64,000 nt of DNA from an uncultured Clostridia bacterium (GTDB lineage Bacteria > Bacillota > Clostridia > Lachnospirales > Anaerotignaceae): contig CAJUKL010000008.1 of the NCBI GenBank assembly GCA_910587195.1, positions 193 through 64,192 of the forward strand, read 5' to 3'. The notes under the pieces were generated by a model. That model searched no databases. It worked only from the letters and a program-made list of their open reading frames with translations, and was not told where the DNA came from. Below are positions 29,419 through 40,696 of this stretch, in pieces (position 1 is the stretch's first letter; every line of letters starts with the position of its first letter). The translations under genes and the position numbers were made by a program.

Positions 29419-31005
29419 TTATTCTTTTAACTCTTTTATCCATGCCTTAATTTGCTCATCTTCTGGTGCAATTTCTAATAATTTTTGACATAAATCTAGG
29501 GCATTTTCCTGCATAGTAGGTTCTGCTATTAGTTTTTGTATGGTTACTTTAGTATCTTCAATTACTTTTTTAAGTTTTTGCTCTTTTTCCTGCTCTTTTT
29601 TATGGATAAATTCCCATAAATCTTTTTGTCCTTGTTCAGAAGAAGAAATCTGTTCTAACAAAATTCCTCTTTTTTCCACAGGCAACTTTGCAATATAAGA
29701 ATGTACCATATCATAAGTTTTTTGTGCTGTTTTTTTATCTTCTTCATTTTTTCGTTCCAAAGCATTTAAAAGAATAGGATAATATTCTTTTAAAGAAATT
29801 TCAGATTCTGGCATTAAACTTAATGTTACAATAATCCAATAATAGTTAAAAAAGATAGGCTCTCTTAATTTTTCCATAGCAACGCTTTTTAAAACAGATT
29901 CTGCTTGTTTTATGTTTTTTCCTTCCATATAGCATCTAATTTGAATGTATTTCATAAAAGGGGCAGCATTTCCAAATTTAAGCGTTGTAGTTCTTAATGC
30001 GTCCAAGTTTAACTGATTTTTTTGATATTTCTCTACAACTTGTAAATATCGTTCAATCATCTTTACGGCTGGTGTATATTGCTTTTGCTGAAACAAACAG
30101 TTTGACTGAATATAACGAATATCAATTTGCAAAACTTCATATCTTTCATTATCAAAAAATTTTAAAAAGTCCTTACAAATTTTTAAGGCCTTTTCTAACT
30201 CTTTTTTATCGTAATAATAGGAAGCAACTTGTATCAAAGCTGCAGGTGCATAGCCGCTTTTTAAATTTTTGTATACAACATCTTCTTCTAACAACACTAA
30301 ATTTTCATAAATATCTTCCTTGATTACTTCACGCTCTCTCATAGTGTGCACAATAATTCTTAAATCACGGAGATTGCTCTTTAATTGTTTTTCTAGTAAA
30401 GATGCATTTCTTAATCCTTTTTCTTTTCTTTTTTCCTTATCTTCATAGGCATAACCATCATGATATAAGGTTAATCCAAATGTATACACAGGTTCTCTAT
30501 AAGGCACATATTCATGAATAATTCCAGCATATCTGGGCTTTAAATCCGCACGAAACAATCTATAATCCAAAAAGCTAGAGGTTATTCCAGTATATTCTCT
30601 TAAACTTTCACATTGACTACAGATTTCTGCATTAAAGCAGTTCATTTTTGTTAAAAAGGCACCCGTATATTGATATCTTTCTTCACTTTTAAAAAACTTT
30701 ACTAAATGAGATACATCTTCCGCTAGTTCTTCATCTGCATCTAAAACGAATATCCATTCTCCTTTTGCCTGTTCCATTCCCACATTTCTAGCGGCAGAAA
30801 AATCATTGCACCATTCAAAATGTAATATTTTATCTGCATATTTTTTTGCAATTTCAAGTGTGTTATCTGTAGAACCAGTATCTGTGATAATTACTTCACA
30901 AGGAATCTGTTTTCTTAAAGGAGTCAAGGACTTTAAACATCTTTCTAAACATCTCTGCTCATTTTTTACAATCATACAAATAGATACTATTATATTATTT
31001 TCCAT
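29419..31005 (-). CDS. Glycosyltransferase family 2 with TPR-like C-terminus
   Basis: SICMIVKNE, DTGSTD, DFSAARN, LDADE, IHE; start at ATG 31005 after GGGAGG. Confidence 0.85.
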   Translation of the reverse strand: MENNIIVSICMIVKNEQRCLERCLKSLTPLRKQIPCEVIITDTGSTDNTLEIAKKYADKILHFEWCNDFSAARNVGMEQAKGEWIFVLDADEELAEDVSHLVKFFKSEERYQYTGAFLTKMNCFNAEICSQCESLREYTGITSSFLDYRLFRADLKPRYAGIIHEYVPYREPVYTFGLTLYHDGYAYEDKEKRKEKGLRNASLLEKQLKSNLRDLRIIVHTMREREVIKEDIYENLVLLEEDVVYKNLKSGYAPAALIQVASYYYDKKELEKALKICKDFLKFFDNERYEVLQIDIRYIQSNCLFQQKQYTPAVKMIERYLQVVEKYQKNQLNLDALRTTTLKFGNAAPFMKYIQIRCYMEGKNIKQAESVLKSVAMEKLREPIFFNYYWIIVTLSLMPESEISLKEYYPILLNALERKNEEDKKTAQKTYDMVHSYIAKLPVEKRGILLEQISSSEQGQKDLWEFIHKKEQEKEQKLKKVIEDTKVTIQKLIAEPTMQENALDLCQKLLEIAPEDEQIKAWIKELKE

Positions 31006-31185
31006 AAAATTCCTCCCAAATATCATACTACTATTCTTTTTTAGCAAACACACGGGAGAGGGAGCAGCATGGGCTACTCCCTCTTTTTGGTACCAAAAAG
31101 AATACAATCTATGATATTATTTTACATTATTTTTTCATTGTACGCAAATTTTTATACAATAAAAAAGCTATCCATTTGGATAGCT

Positions 31186-31446
31186 CTATTTCATTTTATC
31201 TATCATATCAATCAATTCATCTATTTTTTTATCTTCTTGTCCGGTTTCCAATGCTTCTTTTACACAGCATTTCATATGTGCTCTTAATATTTCTTTATTT
31301 GCTTTTCGCAATATGGCATCCGTTGCCATAATCTGATTTGAAATATCTACACAATAGCGGTCATCTTCTACCATTTTTAAAATGCCATCTATTTGTCCTC
31401 TTGCCGTTTTTAATAAACGTACAATTTGCTTTTCATCTGCTTTCAT
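31186..31446 (-). CDS. csoR: Copper-sensing repressor CsoR family
   Basis: GQIDGI..MVEDDRYC, H.KCC; downstream of copA. Confidence 0.88.
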   Translation of the reverse strand: MKADEKQIVRLLKTARGQIDGILKMVEDDRYCVDISNQIMATDAILRKANKEILRAHMKCCVKEALETGQEDKKIDELIDMIDKMK

Positions 31447-31455
31447 TTTTCCCCC

Positions 31456-33996
31456 TTATTGCACATCTATAACTGTATATCCAGCATCTGTGACAGCTTT
31501 TACAAGCATTTCTTCTGACACATCTTCTGTTGCTGTTACAGTGGCTGTTTTATCATCAAGACTCACTTCTGCTTTTACACCTTCTAAAGCATTTAATGCC
31601 TGTTCTACTCTGCCTGTACAATGTCCACACATCATACCCTCAATCGTTAATACTTTTTTCATTTTTAATTCCTCCTTATTTTCCTGTGTTTTTTCTACTT
31701 TATTTTTTTCTATTTTATTTGCTATTGTTTTTCCCTTTTTAAAATCAGGTTGAAACAATTTTAAACGTAATGCATTGGTAACTACAAAGACCGAGCTACA
31801 ACTCATTGCTGCTGCTGCAAACATAGGATTTAATTTCCAGCCTAATGTGGTATAAAATATGCCTGCTGCTAAAGGAATCCCTATAACATTGTAAAAAAAT
31901 GCCCAAAATAAATTTTGTTTGATATTGCGTATCACAGCACGACTTAATTGTATTGCAGCAACACCATCTAGCAAATCGCTTTTCATCAATACAATATCTG
32001 CGGACTCTATAGCAACATCTGTACCTGCACCAATCGCAACACCAACATCAGCTCTTGCTAATGCTGGTGCATCATTGATGCCATCTCCAACCATTGCAAC
32101 TTTTTTTCCTTGTTCCTGGATTCTTCTGACTTCTTTTTCTTTATCTTGGGGCAAAACTTCTGCCACTACCGTTGACAAATTCATTTGTTTACCGATTGCT
32201 TCTGCGGTGCGTTTATTATCTCCTGTCAGCATAACTACATCAATTCCCATATTACGAAATGCTGCAATCGCTTCTTTACTAGTTGGTTTTACAACATCTG
32301 CTACTGCAATTACACCAAGTAATTTTTTATCTTCCGCAAAATATAAAGGTGTTTTTCCTTCTGTTGCAAAACTTTCTCCTTTTTCAAAAAGAGGATGTTC
32401 TATACCTTCTTTTTTCATCATTTTTAAATTTCCTGCAATGATTTCTTTTCCAGAAACCTCTGCTTTAACACCTTGTCCTGCAATCGCTTTAAAATTTTCT
32501 GCTTTTGGTGCTGTAATATTTTTTTGTTTTACATAATTTACAATCGCCTCAGAAAGAGGGTGTTCAGAAAGGTGTTCTACTGCAAAAGCATTTCGCAATA
32601 ATTTGTTTTCAAAAACGCCGTCTGCTAAAAGTATATTTGTTACTTTTGGTTTCCCTTCTGTTACAGTGCCTGTTTTATCTAATATAATGGTATCCACTTC
32701 ATGCGCAATTTCTAAACTTTCCGCTGATTTAATTAAAATACCATTTTCTGCTCCTTTTCCTGTTCCTACCATAATGGCTGTGGGTGTTGCTAATCCTAAA
32801 GCACAAGGACAGGAAATAACAAGAACTGCAATTCCAATCGAAAGTGCAAAACTAAAAGAATAACCTAAAAATAACCAGATTGCCGTTGTAACAACAGCAA
32901 TCGAAATGACAACGGGTACAAAAACACCACTTACTTTATCTGCTAGTTTTGCAATCGGTGCTTTGGAAGCACTTGCTTCTTCTACAAGTTGTATAATTTG
33001 AGAAAGGGTGGTATCATTTCCTACTTTTTCTGCCTTAAATTGAAAATACCCTGTTTTGTTTACCGTTGCACCAATTACCATATCTCCTACTTTTTTTTCA
33101 ACAGGAATGCTTTCCCCTGTTAAAGCAGATTCGTCAATCGCTGAAAAACCTTCTATAATGATTCCATCAACAGGAATACTTTGTCCGGGACGCACTATAA
33201 TAATATCGCCTTTTTGTACTTCTTCTATAGAAATTTCTATTTCCTGTCCATCTTTTAATACAGTTGCTTTTTTAGGTGCCAAATCTAATAATTTTGTAAT
33301 AGCTTCTGAAGTTTTTCCTTTGGAACGAGTTTCCATGTACTTTCCTACTGTAATTAAAGTTAATATCATGCCAGAAGATTCAAAATAAAACTCCATTCCA
33401 TATTGATGTGCCATTTCCATATTGCCATGTCCCATATAATAACCCATAGCATAAATAGCAATCACACTATATATAAAAGCTGCACTAGAACCTAATGCAA
33501 TTAAAGAGTCCATATTGGGCGAACGATTCCATAAAGCTTTAAAACCAACAGAAAAATATTTACGATTCAAATATAAAATAGGTAAAGTCAAAAATAATTG
33601 CGTAAGTGCAAATGACATCATATTTTCATGCCCCAATAAAATACTAGGCAATGGCATACCCATCATATGGCCCATAGAAATATAAAACAGTGGTACTAAA
33701 AATATAAATGACCAGATAAGTCTTTTTTTCATGGAATCCATTTCTGCTTGTGCAATATTCTCTCCAGATACGGCTGCTTTTTCGCTGCCATGTACTTTTG
33801 CGCCATACCCGCCTTGTTCTACCGCTTTTATAATATCCTCCTCTGTTAGCTTTTGTTCTTCATATTCTACCATCATAGAATTTTGCAACAAATTAACATT
33901 AACAGAAAGAATCCCCGCTAATTGATTTACACTTTTTTCCACATGGGCACTACAAGCACTACAAGTCATACCACTTACATCAAATTTTTGTTTCAC
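31456..33996 (-). CDS. copA: Copper-translocating P1B-type ATPase with N- and C-terminal HMA domains
   Basis: [34 protein letters not shown]…MAAAM-like TM motifs, GMMCGHC. Confidence 0.95.
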   Translation of the reverse strand: MKQKFDVSGMTCSACSAHVEKSVNQLAGILSVNVNLLQNSMMVEYEEQKLTEEDIIKAVEQGGYGAKVHGSEKAAVSGENIAQAEMDSMKKRLIWSFIFLVPLFYISMGHMMGMPLPSILLGHENMMSFALTQLFLTLPILYLNRKYFSVGFKALWNRSPNMDSLIALGSSAAFIYSVIAIYAMGYYMGHGNMEMAHQYGMEFYFESSGMILTLITVGKYMETRSKGKTSEAITKLLDLAPKKATVLKDGQEIEISIEEVQKGDIIIVRPGQSIPVDGIIIEGFSAIDESALTGESIPVEKKVGDMVIGATVNKTGYFQFKAEKVGNDTTLSQIIQLVEEASASKAPIAKLADKVSGVFVPVVISIAVVTTAIWLFLGYSFSFALSIGIAVLVISCPCALGLATPTAIMVGTGKGAENGILIKSAESLEIAHEVDTIILDKTGTVTEGKPKVTNILLADGVFENKLLRNAFAVEHLSEHPLSEAIVNYVKQKNITAPKAENFKAIAGQGVKAEVSGKEIIAGNLKMMKKEGIEHPLFEKGESFATEGKTPLYFAEDKKLLGVIAVADVVKPTSKEAIAAFRNMGIDVVMLTGDNKRTAEAIGKQMNLSTVVAEVLPQDKEKEVRRIQEQGKKVAMVGDGINDAPALARADVGVAIGAGTDVAIESADIVLMKSDLLDGVAAIQLSRAVIRNIKQNLFWAFFYNVIGIPLAAGIFYTTLGWKLNPMFAAAAMSCSSVFVVTNALRLKLFQPDFKKGKTIANKIEKNKVEKTQENKEELKMKKVLTIEGMMCGHCTGRVEQALNALEGVKAEVSLDDKTATVTATEDVSEEMLVKAVTDAGYTVIDVQ

Positions 33997-34014
33997 ATAG
34001 CATCACCTCTTTCA

Positions 34015-34038
34015 AATACCCCTCATGGGTGTGGTATT
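34015..34038. promoter_or_regulatory. Putative CsoR operator upstream of copA
   Basis: AATACC-CCTCATGGGTGT-GGTATT inverted repeat with C/G tracts, just downstream of a minus-strand promoter (TTGACA at 34062-67). Confidence 0.5.
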
Positions 34039-34159
34039 ATTTTAATAAAACATTTTCTTTTTGTCAATAGTATTTCTTTTTGTTTTTATTTTATACAAAA
34101 AAAGAGTTTAGGCAGTGTAAGGCAAACGCATAAAAAATATTGTATATAAAGAAAAAGAT

Positions 34160-34452
34160 TTAGAATCTGTACTGTATGCAAAAGTTAAAGTTTTTGGTCA
34201 AGCTTTTTTCAAAAATCTTGTAGGAGTTTGAGGGCAACACCCTCAAGGTTCTGATATGCTTGCAAGCGTGTTTTTGAAGTGGTTCTGAACGTCCGATGGA
34301 CGTTCGTTTAGAACCGACCGGAGCGAAGCGTAGACTTTGGAGGAACTTCTGCCTTTTATCAAGTTCATAATAAACTAGTTTTTTCATAAGCTGTTCTATT
34401 TTTAAACTCAAATTATTATAATTTTTGCAAAAAAATTTTTATATGGTTACCT
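34160..34452. repeat. Palindromic repeat cluster
   Basis: Family modules; the last ~95 bp are nearly identical to 8865-8960. Confidence 0.8.
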
Positions 34453-34537
34453 TGGAAATATAAAAATTTATATTGATAAAACAACCAGGATAACGGTATA
34501 ATAGAACAATCGAGAAAAGCAGAAAGGATGAAACAAG

Positions 34538-35410
34538 ATGAGATATGAAGGAACGGTATACCGTCCGCCAAGTGAGGCAAGCAGCTTAATTATACAACTA
34601 ACTATAGGATGTGCTAGAAATACTTGCACGTTTTGTGCGATGTATAAAGATAAAACATTTCGTATCAGGGATTTACAGGAAGTTGTGGAAGATCTGGAAA
34701 TGGCAAGAAAATATTATCAAAGGATTAAGGTAAAAAGAATCTTTTTAGCAGATGGAGATGCCTTAATTGTAAAAACAGCAGATTTACTTTATATTTTAGG
34801 AAAATGTAAAGAATATTTTCCAGAAGTGGAAAGAATTTCTGTTTATGGTGCGCCAAAAGATATTATACACAAAACACCAGAAGAACTAAAACAGTTAAAA
34901 GATGCTGGTTTAGATATGGTGTATATGGGTTTAGAATCTGGTGATGACCAAGTTTTAAAAGAAGTGAAAAAGGGTGTGACGGCTGCGGAAATGATTGAAG
35001 CAGGACAAAAAGTACGTGCTGCTGGTATGATACTTTCTATGACGATTATTTCTGGTTTGGGCGGCAAAAAACTGATGAAAGAACATGCATTAAATAGTGC
35101 AAAAGTCATTAGTGCCATTAAACCAGAATATGTAGGATTTTTAACCTTGCTGATTGAACCGGGTACGCCAATGTACGAACAATATAGAGCTGGCGAATTG
35201 GATTTATTGACACCAGAAGAAGCACTCGATGAAACACAATTATTTATTGAAAATGTAGATGCAGAAGGAACGGTTTTCCGAGCAAATCATGCTTCGAATT
35301 ATGTGCCTTTGGCAGGTACCTTAAATGCAGAAAAATCAAAAATATTGGCACAGATACAGCGTTCCAAAGAGCAAAGTAGTTATAGACCGGAAACATTTCG
35401 AGGTTTATAA
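34538..35410 (+). CDS. Radical SAM protein
   Basis: YRPPSE, GCARNTCTFC, FLADGD, GLESG, FRANHASNY. Confidence 0.88.
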   Translation: MRYEGTVYRPPSEASSLIIQLTIGCARNTCTFCAMYKDKTFRIRDLQEVVEDLEMARKYYQRIKVKRIFLADGDALIVKTADLLYILGKCKEYFPEVERISVYGAPKDIIHKTPEELKQLKDAGLDMVYMGLESGDDQVLKEVKKGVTAAEMIEAGQKVRAAGMILSMTIISGLGGKKLMKEHALNSAKVISAIKPEYVGFLTLLIEPGTPMYEQYRAGELDLLTPEEALDETQLFIENVDAEGTVFRANHASNYVPLAGTLNAEKSKILAQIQRSKEQSSYRPETFRGL

Positions 35411-35427
35411 TAAAAGGAGTTGGCAGC

Positions 35428-36279
35428 ATGGCATGGGTGGGGTTGTTTGCCCTTATCATTTTTTATTGGTGTTTTTTTACTGCTGCCGTGACAGGCAGAA
35501 GAAGCTGGATGTGGTTAGGCTTACTTTGTGTGCCTGTATTTATTATGGCTGTTGGTCATCGGGCTGATATGCAAATTAATGGTTTAATTATCACATTATG
35601 TATTTTTATGTTTGTGATTTGCAGAAGTAGTTTAAAAGATATTTTGTTATGGAATCAAAAAAGAAGAAAATATCATTGGATATTTTTGGGATTTTTATGG
35701 TTGCTCTGTTTTTTGTTTTTGTTTTATTCGATTGTAGAATTACAGATGGCTGGATATTTATGGGATTTTCAAGGCTGGAATCTGCAAAAAAGAAATTCTT
35801 TTCGTATTACCATTACAACTTTACCTATTGTATGGATTTCTTATTATTATGGAGAAATGTTTTATAATAGTGTGGACAGATTGTGGAAAAGAAAAAGTGA
35901 GTTAGTGCTCATTAGCTGCAATTTTTTTATAGCAAATAACAGAGGCGGTGATACTGGTATTGATAAAGGCTATTTTTTAGATGGTGTGAACAATGGTGTG
36001 AATTATCATTTTCGTATGACAAAGGGAACGTATTATATGCTTCAAAAAGAAAAAGCATTACGCTTAAAAGTGCAAAAAGGGTTATTAGGTGGGTTTTATG
36101 TTTTGGAAAATCCTTGTCCCAATAACGCAAAAAGAACTTTAAGACGAGATAGAAAAAATGCAAAAATTGGTATTTTATTGTTTCTATTTGTGTTTCTATT
36201 TGGAATTGTTTTATTCTTTTTTCCACAATTATTGCACTTGGAAAGTTGGAAACAAAAAATCAGCATTTTTTTTGACTAA
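35428..36279 (+). CDS. Hypothetical membrane protein
   Basis: AAGGAG RBS; several hydrophobic segments. Confidence 0.7.
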   Translation: MAWVGLFALIIFYWCFFTAAVTGRRSWMWLGLLCVPVFIMAVGHRADMQINGLIITLCIFMFVICRSSLKDILLWNQKRRKYHWIFLGFLWLLCFLFLFYSIVELQMAGYLWDFQGWNLQKRNSFRITITTLPIVWISYYYGEMFYNSVDRLWKRKSELVLISCNFFIANNRGGDTGIDKGYFLDGVNNGVNYHFRMTKGTYYMLQKEKALRLKVQKGLLGGFYVLENPCPNNAKRTLRRDRKNAKIGILLFLFVFLFGIVLFFFPQLLHLESWKQKISIFFD

Positions 36280-36308
36280 AACGGAAATGCTATTTTTGAG
36301 GTGATAGT

Positions 36309-36488
36309 ATGTTAAAATGTTTAAAAAATTTTGATACCTTGCCTGCACAAATGAAAAAGCAAATTATAGATAATAGTAAAGATATGAATGCTTTTTATAC
36401 CTTACCTTTAGAGCAAAGACAGCAAGTATTAGACCGAATTGCTAGTTTAAATACAGAACAGCAAATAAGAGAATATTTGAAAAAATAA
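36309..36488 (+). CDS. 59-aa small hypothetical protein (below the ORF-track cutoff)
   Basis: GAGGTG RBS; MLKCLKNFDTLPAQMKKQ…IREYLKK; followed by a hairpin at ~36492-36523. Confidence 0.6.
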   Translation: MLKCLKNFDTLPAQMKKQIIDNSKDMNAFYTLPLEQRQQVLDRIASLNTEQQIREYLKK

Positions 36489-36597
36489 GAAAAAGGTGTG
36501 TTCCTTTAAAGGAATGCACCTTTTCCTTATGATAATTATTGCATAGTATTTTTCTTTAAGATATAATAAAGAAAATTCAAGAAAGGAAGAAAAAAAT

Positions 36598-37695
36598 ATG
36601 AAATTAGGCATTGTAGGACTCCCAAATGTTGGAAAAAGCACCTTATTTAATTCTATGACTATGGGAAAAGCAGAGGCAGCAAATTATCCTTTTTGTACCA
36701 TTGACCCTAATATCGGAATTGTTGCTGTACCAGATGAAAGATTGACAAAATTAACAGAAATGTATCATTCTGAAAAAACAACACCTGCAGTCATTGAATT
36801 TGTAGATATTGCAGGTCTTGTAAAAGGAGCAAGTAAAGGAGAAGGATTAGGAAATAAGTTTTTATCTCATATCCGAGAGGTAGATGCCATTGTGCATGTG
36901 GTGCGTTGTTTTGAAGATAGTAATGTGGTGCATGTAGATGGAAGTGTAGACCCTATCCGTGATATTGAAACCATTAACTTAGAATTGATTTTTTCTGATT
37001 TAGAAATCTTGGAAAGACGTATTTCTAAAACCATTAAAGCAGCAAAATCGGACAAGTCTTTACAAAAAGAGTTGGAAATATTACAGCAGTTAAAAGCAGG
37101 TTTAGAAGAAGGAAAATGCGCCAGAGCAATCAAATTTGAATCTCCGGAAGATATTGCTTTTGTAGAGAGTTTAACGCTTTTGACACAAAAACCTGTATTA
37201 TATGCAGCAAATGTAGCAGAAGAAGATTTAGCAGATAATGGTGCTGGAAATCAATATGTCAATCGGGTACGCATTTTTGCAGAAAGTGAAAATGCAGAGG
37301 TGTTTGTTCTTTGTGCTAAAATTGAAGAAGAAATTTCTGATTTAGAGGAACAAGATAAAAAAGAATTTTTAGCAGATATGGGAGTAGAAACGAGCGGTTT
37401 AGACAGGTTAATTGCAGCAAGTTATCAATTATTGGGACTGATTAGCTATTTGACAGCAGGCCCTACAGAAAGCCGTGCTTGGACGATTACAAAAGGAACC
37501 AAAGCACCAGGTGCAGCAGGAAAAATACACAGTGATTTTGAAAGGGGATTTATTAGGGCAGAAGTAGTTAGTTATGATGATTTAATGAAGATTGGTTCTT
37601 ATAATGGAGCAAAAGAACAAGGCTTAGTTCGTTCTGAAGGAAAAGAATATGTTGTAAAAGATGGAGATGTTATATTATTCCGCTTTAATGTATAA
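36598..37695 (+). CDS. ychF: Redox-regulated ATPase YchF
   Basis: GLPNVGKST, ANYPFCTI, DIAGLV, TGS domain ending FRFNV. Confidence 0.97.
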   Translation: MKLGIVGLPNVGKSTLFNSMTMGKAEAANYPFCTIDPNIGIVAVPDERLTKLTEMYHSEKTTPAVIEFVDIAGLVKGASKGEGLGNKFLSHIREVDAIVHVVRCFEDSNVVHVDGSVDPIRDIETINLELIFSDLEILERRISKTIKAAKSDKSLQKELEILQQLKAGLEEGKCARAIKFESPEDIAFVESLTLLTQKPVLYAANVAEEDLADNGAGNQYVNRVRIFAESENAEVFVLCAKIEEEISDLEEQDKKEFLADMGVETSGLDRLIAASYQLLGLISYLTAGPTESRAWTITKGTKAPGAAGKIHSDFERGFIRAEVVSYDDLMKIGSYNGAKEQGLVRSEGKEYVVKDGDVILFRFNV

Positions 37696-37709
37696 ATGGA
37701 GGAAAGAAA

Positions 37710-38237
37710 ATGTTGTATTTTACAGCAGATTTACATTTTTATCATGAAAATATAATTCGTCATGCCAATAGACCTTATTATAACATAGAGAAAATGAATG
37801 ATGATTTAATAAAAAGATGGAATAAAATTGTAAGTTCTCAAGATGAAATCTATATTTTAGGTGATTTTACCATGAAGGGAGCAAAACGAGCCACAGATAT
37901 ATTATGTCAGTTAAAAGGAATTAAACATTTAGTAAAAGGAAATCATGATGGTTTTGTAGAAGACTCTGAATTTGATAGAACTTTATTTGCTTCTATACAA
38001 GATTATGCAGAAGTTATTTATGGTAATACACGATTTGTTTTATTTCATTATCCTATTTTGGAATGGAACGGAATGTATAAGGGAAGTATTTTGCTTCATG
38101 GACATCAACATAACCATGTAGATTATAATTACAATAACTTGCAAAATGGGATTTATCGGTTTGATGTTGGGATAGATGCAAATAATATGACACCAGTAAG
38201 TGCAGAGGATATTCTTTCCTTTTTTTATCTTCCATAA
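37710..38237 (+). CDS. Calcineurin-like metallophosphoesterase
   Basis: DLH, LGD, GNHD, HYP, HGH.H motifs. Confidence 0.88.
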   Translation: MLYFTADLHFYHENIIRHANRPYYNIEKMNDDLIKRWNKIVSSQDEIYILGDFTMKGAKRATDILCQLKGIKHLVKGNHDGFVEDSEFDRTLFASIQDYAEVIYGNTRFVLFHYPILEWNGMYKGSILLHGHQHNHVDYNYNNLQNGIYRFDVGIDANNMTPVSAEDILSFFYLP

Positions 38238-38261
38238 AGAAATAAAAATGCATCAAAAAAA

Positions 38262-38288
38262 GAAGGATTTTTCATTTTCATATAGAAT
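38262..38288 (+). promoter_or_regulatory. Putative sigmaH promoter of hpf
   Basis: GAAGGATTT…AGAAT (AGGA, 17 nt, GAAT); B. subtilis hpf/yvyD is sigmaH-dependent. Confidence 0.55.
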
Positions 38289-38349
38289 ATAACATATAAA
38301 AGAAAGATAACCGACATTTTTCGGGTCATATAGAAGGGAGTTGTTTTTT

Positions 38350-38892
38350 ATGCGTTATCAGTTTGTAGGAAAAAATATGGAAGTTGGAGAAAAAACAAAA
38401 GAAAAAATAGAAGCAAAATTAGCAAGGATTCAAAAGTTTTTTCCAGAAGAAACCGTAGTTACAGTGACATTGAGTAGTGAGAAATTGGGCACAAATATTG
38501 AAGTAACAATCCCTTATCACAAAAGAATGATCCGTGCAGAAGTAAGCGATGCTGATATGATGGCAGCAGTTGACGGTGCAGTTGATATTTTGGAAAATCA
38601 AGTAGTGCGTTATAAAAAACGCTTAAAAACAAAAATTCGCCAAAGTGCAGAGGCTTATCGTGCAGAATATGAAGCATTACACGTTGCAGAAGAAGAACTG
38701 AATGAAGAACCATTATACAAAATTGAGCGAATTAAACATTTTGAAGTGAAACCAATGGATGCAGAAGAAGCTGTTATGGAAATGGAATTGATTGGTCACA
38801 GCTTTTTTGTATTTAGAGATGCAGAAACAGAAAACATCAATGTAGTATATAAAAGAAAAAATGGTTCTTATGGTTTGATTGACCCTGAATAA
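38350..38892 (+). CDS. hpf: Ribosome hibernation promoting factor (long HPF/RaiA)
   Basis: GKNMEV, IRAE, KPMDAEEA..MEL.GHSFFVF, VVYKRK.G.YGLI. Confidence 0.93.
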   Translation: MRYQFVGKNMEVGEKTKEKIEAKLARIQKFFPEETVVTVTLSSEKLGTNIEVTIPYHKRMIRAEVSDADMMAAVDGAVDILENQVVRYKKRLKTKIRQSAEAYRAEYEALHVAEEELNEEPLYKIERIKHFEVKPMDAEEAVMEMELIGHSFFVFRDAETENINVVYKRKNGSYGLIDPE

Positions 38893-38934
38893 AAATTTTT
38901 TGATGAATGAAAGTGAATGAGTATTTCACTCACT

Positions 38935-39154
38935 CAGCTTGTCAATAAAGTCTTTTTTTGTGGGTTTTACCCACACCCACCAACTTTTTTAAAAAAAAGT
39001 TGGACAAAAAACTTTAGTGGAAAAACTAGCGTTTTTCCTTATAAAATTAATATTTTTAGCGAAACGCTAGTTTCGCATTAAAGTTCTTTGATTCTTTCTT
39101 TCAAGAAAGAATTAGGAGTTTGAGGGCTAGACCTCAAGTTTTTTTGATAAGCTG
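38935..39154. mobile_element. 220-bp MITE-like element of the repeat family
   Basis: TIRs CAGCTTGTCAA / TTGATAAGCTG; flanking 19-bp direct repeats (17/19) at 38916-34 and 39155-73; no ORF. Confidence 0.7.
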
Positions 39155-39168
39155 AGTGAGTGTTTCAC

Positions 39169-40080
39169 TCACTTTTTTTTGTTATTTTTACGGTAATGGA
39201 AAGGGCTAACCTTCATATGTTCTCGAAATATTTTACTAAAATAGCTGGAACTATTAAATCCTGTAGAAAGTGCAATTTCTGTAATAGATAAGGTTGTATT
39301 TTGTAACAGAGATAATGCTGTTGAGATACGATATTTTATAATATATGCCATAGGTGTAGTATGTAGTATGGTTTGAAAGCAGCGGAAACATTCTCTTTGA
39401 CTGATATTGACAGCAGTAGAAAGTGTTTTAAGTGAAATAGCTTCATGATAATGTGTATGAATATATTCGAGTAGCTGTTTGATACGTTGGTATTCCACAG
39501 TAGGATAAACAGAAGGGGCAGTTAATTCTGATTGACAATTTTCGACAATTTCATAACAAATATAAGAAAGTTGTTCTCTTATAGCAAACAAAAAGGCTGG
39601 TGTTTCTTCTACAAAAAGAGTACAAGCTTTTTGAAAGCAATCAATACATTTTTTTTGCCATGCTGTTTCAGAAGAAAAAATAATGTAATGTAAGTTATGA
39701 CAGGTAAGTAAAGGTAAAATATACTGCTTTTTATAAATACTTTCTGCATGACCGCTGATTAACTCTGCATCAAAAACAATGGTAATAGCAGTACAATTTT
39801 GTGAAGAAGCCTGTTTCATAAAATGCAGTACACTGGTGTTGAGAAAAAGGAGTTGCCCTTTTTCAAGAATAAAAGAAGTTTTTCCTAAGTCTATCAAAAG
39901 CTTTCCTTCTGTGACAAGAATAAGTTCTAAATCTTGATGCCAATGCCAAGGAATTTCTGAAGAAACACGACTTGCAAAATTTGTTGTATATACAGTACAG
40001 GGAAAAAGTGGTTCAACATGGGAATAAAGCTCCTTTTGATTTTTGTCTGTAATAACAGTACAATTATTAATGGCTTTCAT
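39169..40080 (-). CDS. AraC-family transcriptional regulator (cupin + HTH)
   Basis: PWHWH..LE cupin; ITEIA..TGF.SSSYFSK.F. Confidence 0.9.
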   Translation of the reverse strand: MKAINNCTVITDKNQKELYSHVEPLFPCTVYTTNFASRVSSEIPWHWHQDLELILVTEGKLLIDLGKTSFILEKGQLLFLNTSVLHFMKQASSQNCTAITIVFDAELISGHAESIYKKQYILPLLTCHNLHYIIFSSETAWQKKCIDCFQKACTLFVEETPAFLFAIREQLSYICYEIVENCQSELTAPSVYPTVEYQRIKQLLEYIHTHYHEAISLKTLSTAVNISQRECFRCFQTILHTTPMAYIIKYRISTALSLLQNTTLSITEIALSTGFNSSSYFSKIFREHMKVSPFHYRKNNKKK

Positions 40081-40208
40081 AATATTTTTCCTCCTTTTTG
40101 GCAGTATCCTATTATTTTTTGACAGAATAATAAAAGAATAAATATTTTTTTGGCAGTATAATCATAACAGAAAAAAGAAAAGGACACAACCATAGAGGAG
40201 GAAAATAT

Positions 40209-40460
40209 ATGATAACCGTTTATAATATTCAAAATTTAGAATCTTTTTTTCATATAATAGATGATTTTAAAAATCCTGTGATATTACAGATAAAAAAGGG
40301 AGGATATCAAGATTTAAGAAATAATGACATTTTGCAGGAAATTTTGCTATCTGTGGCAGGCGAGAAAGGATTAGAACAAATTTGTTTAAATATAGAAGGC
40401 AAAGAAGATTTGGATAATATTATAACATTTTTATTAAATAAAAATGAAAGATATTTCTAA
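40209..40460 (+). CDS. Small hypothetical protein
   Basis: GAGGAGG RBS, 83 aa, divergent from the AraC gene. Confidence 0.65.
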   Translation: MITVYNIQNLESFFHIIDDFKNPVILQIKKGGYQDLRNNDILQEILLSVAGEKGLEQICLNIEGKEDLDNIITFLLNKNERYF

Positions 40461-40580
40461 AGATGGCGTTACTCTAAATAAGAGGCGTAACAAAAAAGAA
40501 AAATCAGACGTTGTTCAAATCTAGTAGTTTTATAAAAAAGTTATTATTTGGAGAGAAGTAAAGTTTCTAGGTTTTAAAAC

Positions 40581-40617
40581 AAATGGGAACTGCCGAGTTA
40601 TTCGGCAGTTCCCATTT
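40581..40617. terminator. Hairpin terminator between convergent genes
   Basis: AAATGGGAACTGCCGA…TCGGCAGTTCCCATTT. Confidence 0.75.
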
Positions 40618-40696
40618 GTTAATACAGTCTTTTTTATGAACTCTGTCTACATCTGTTAACTTTTTTGAAAAAAGGAATATAGTTTGAGATAAAGTA

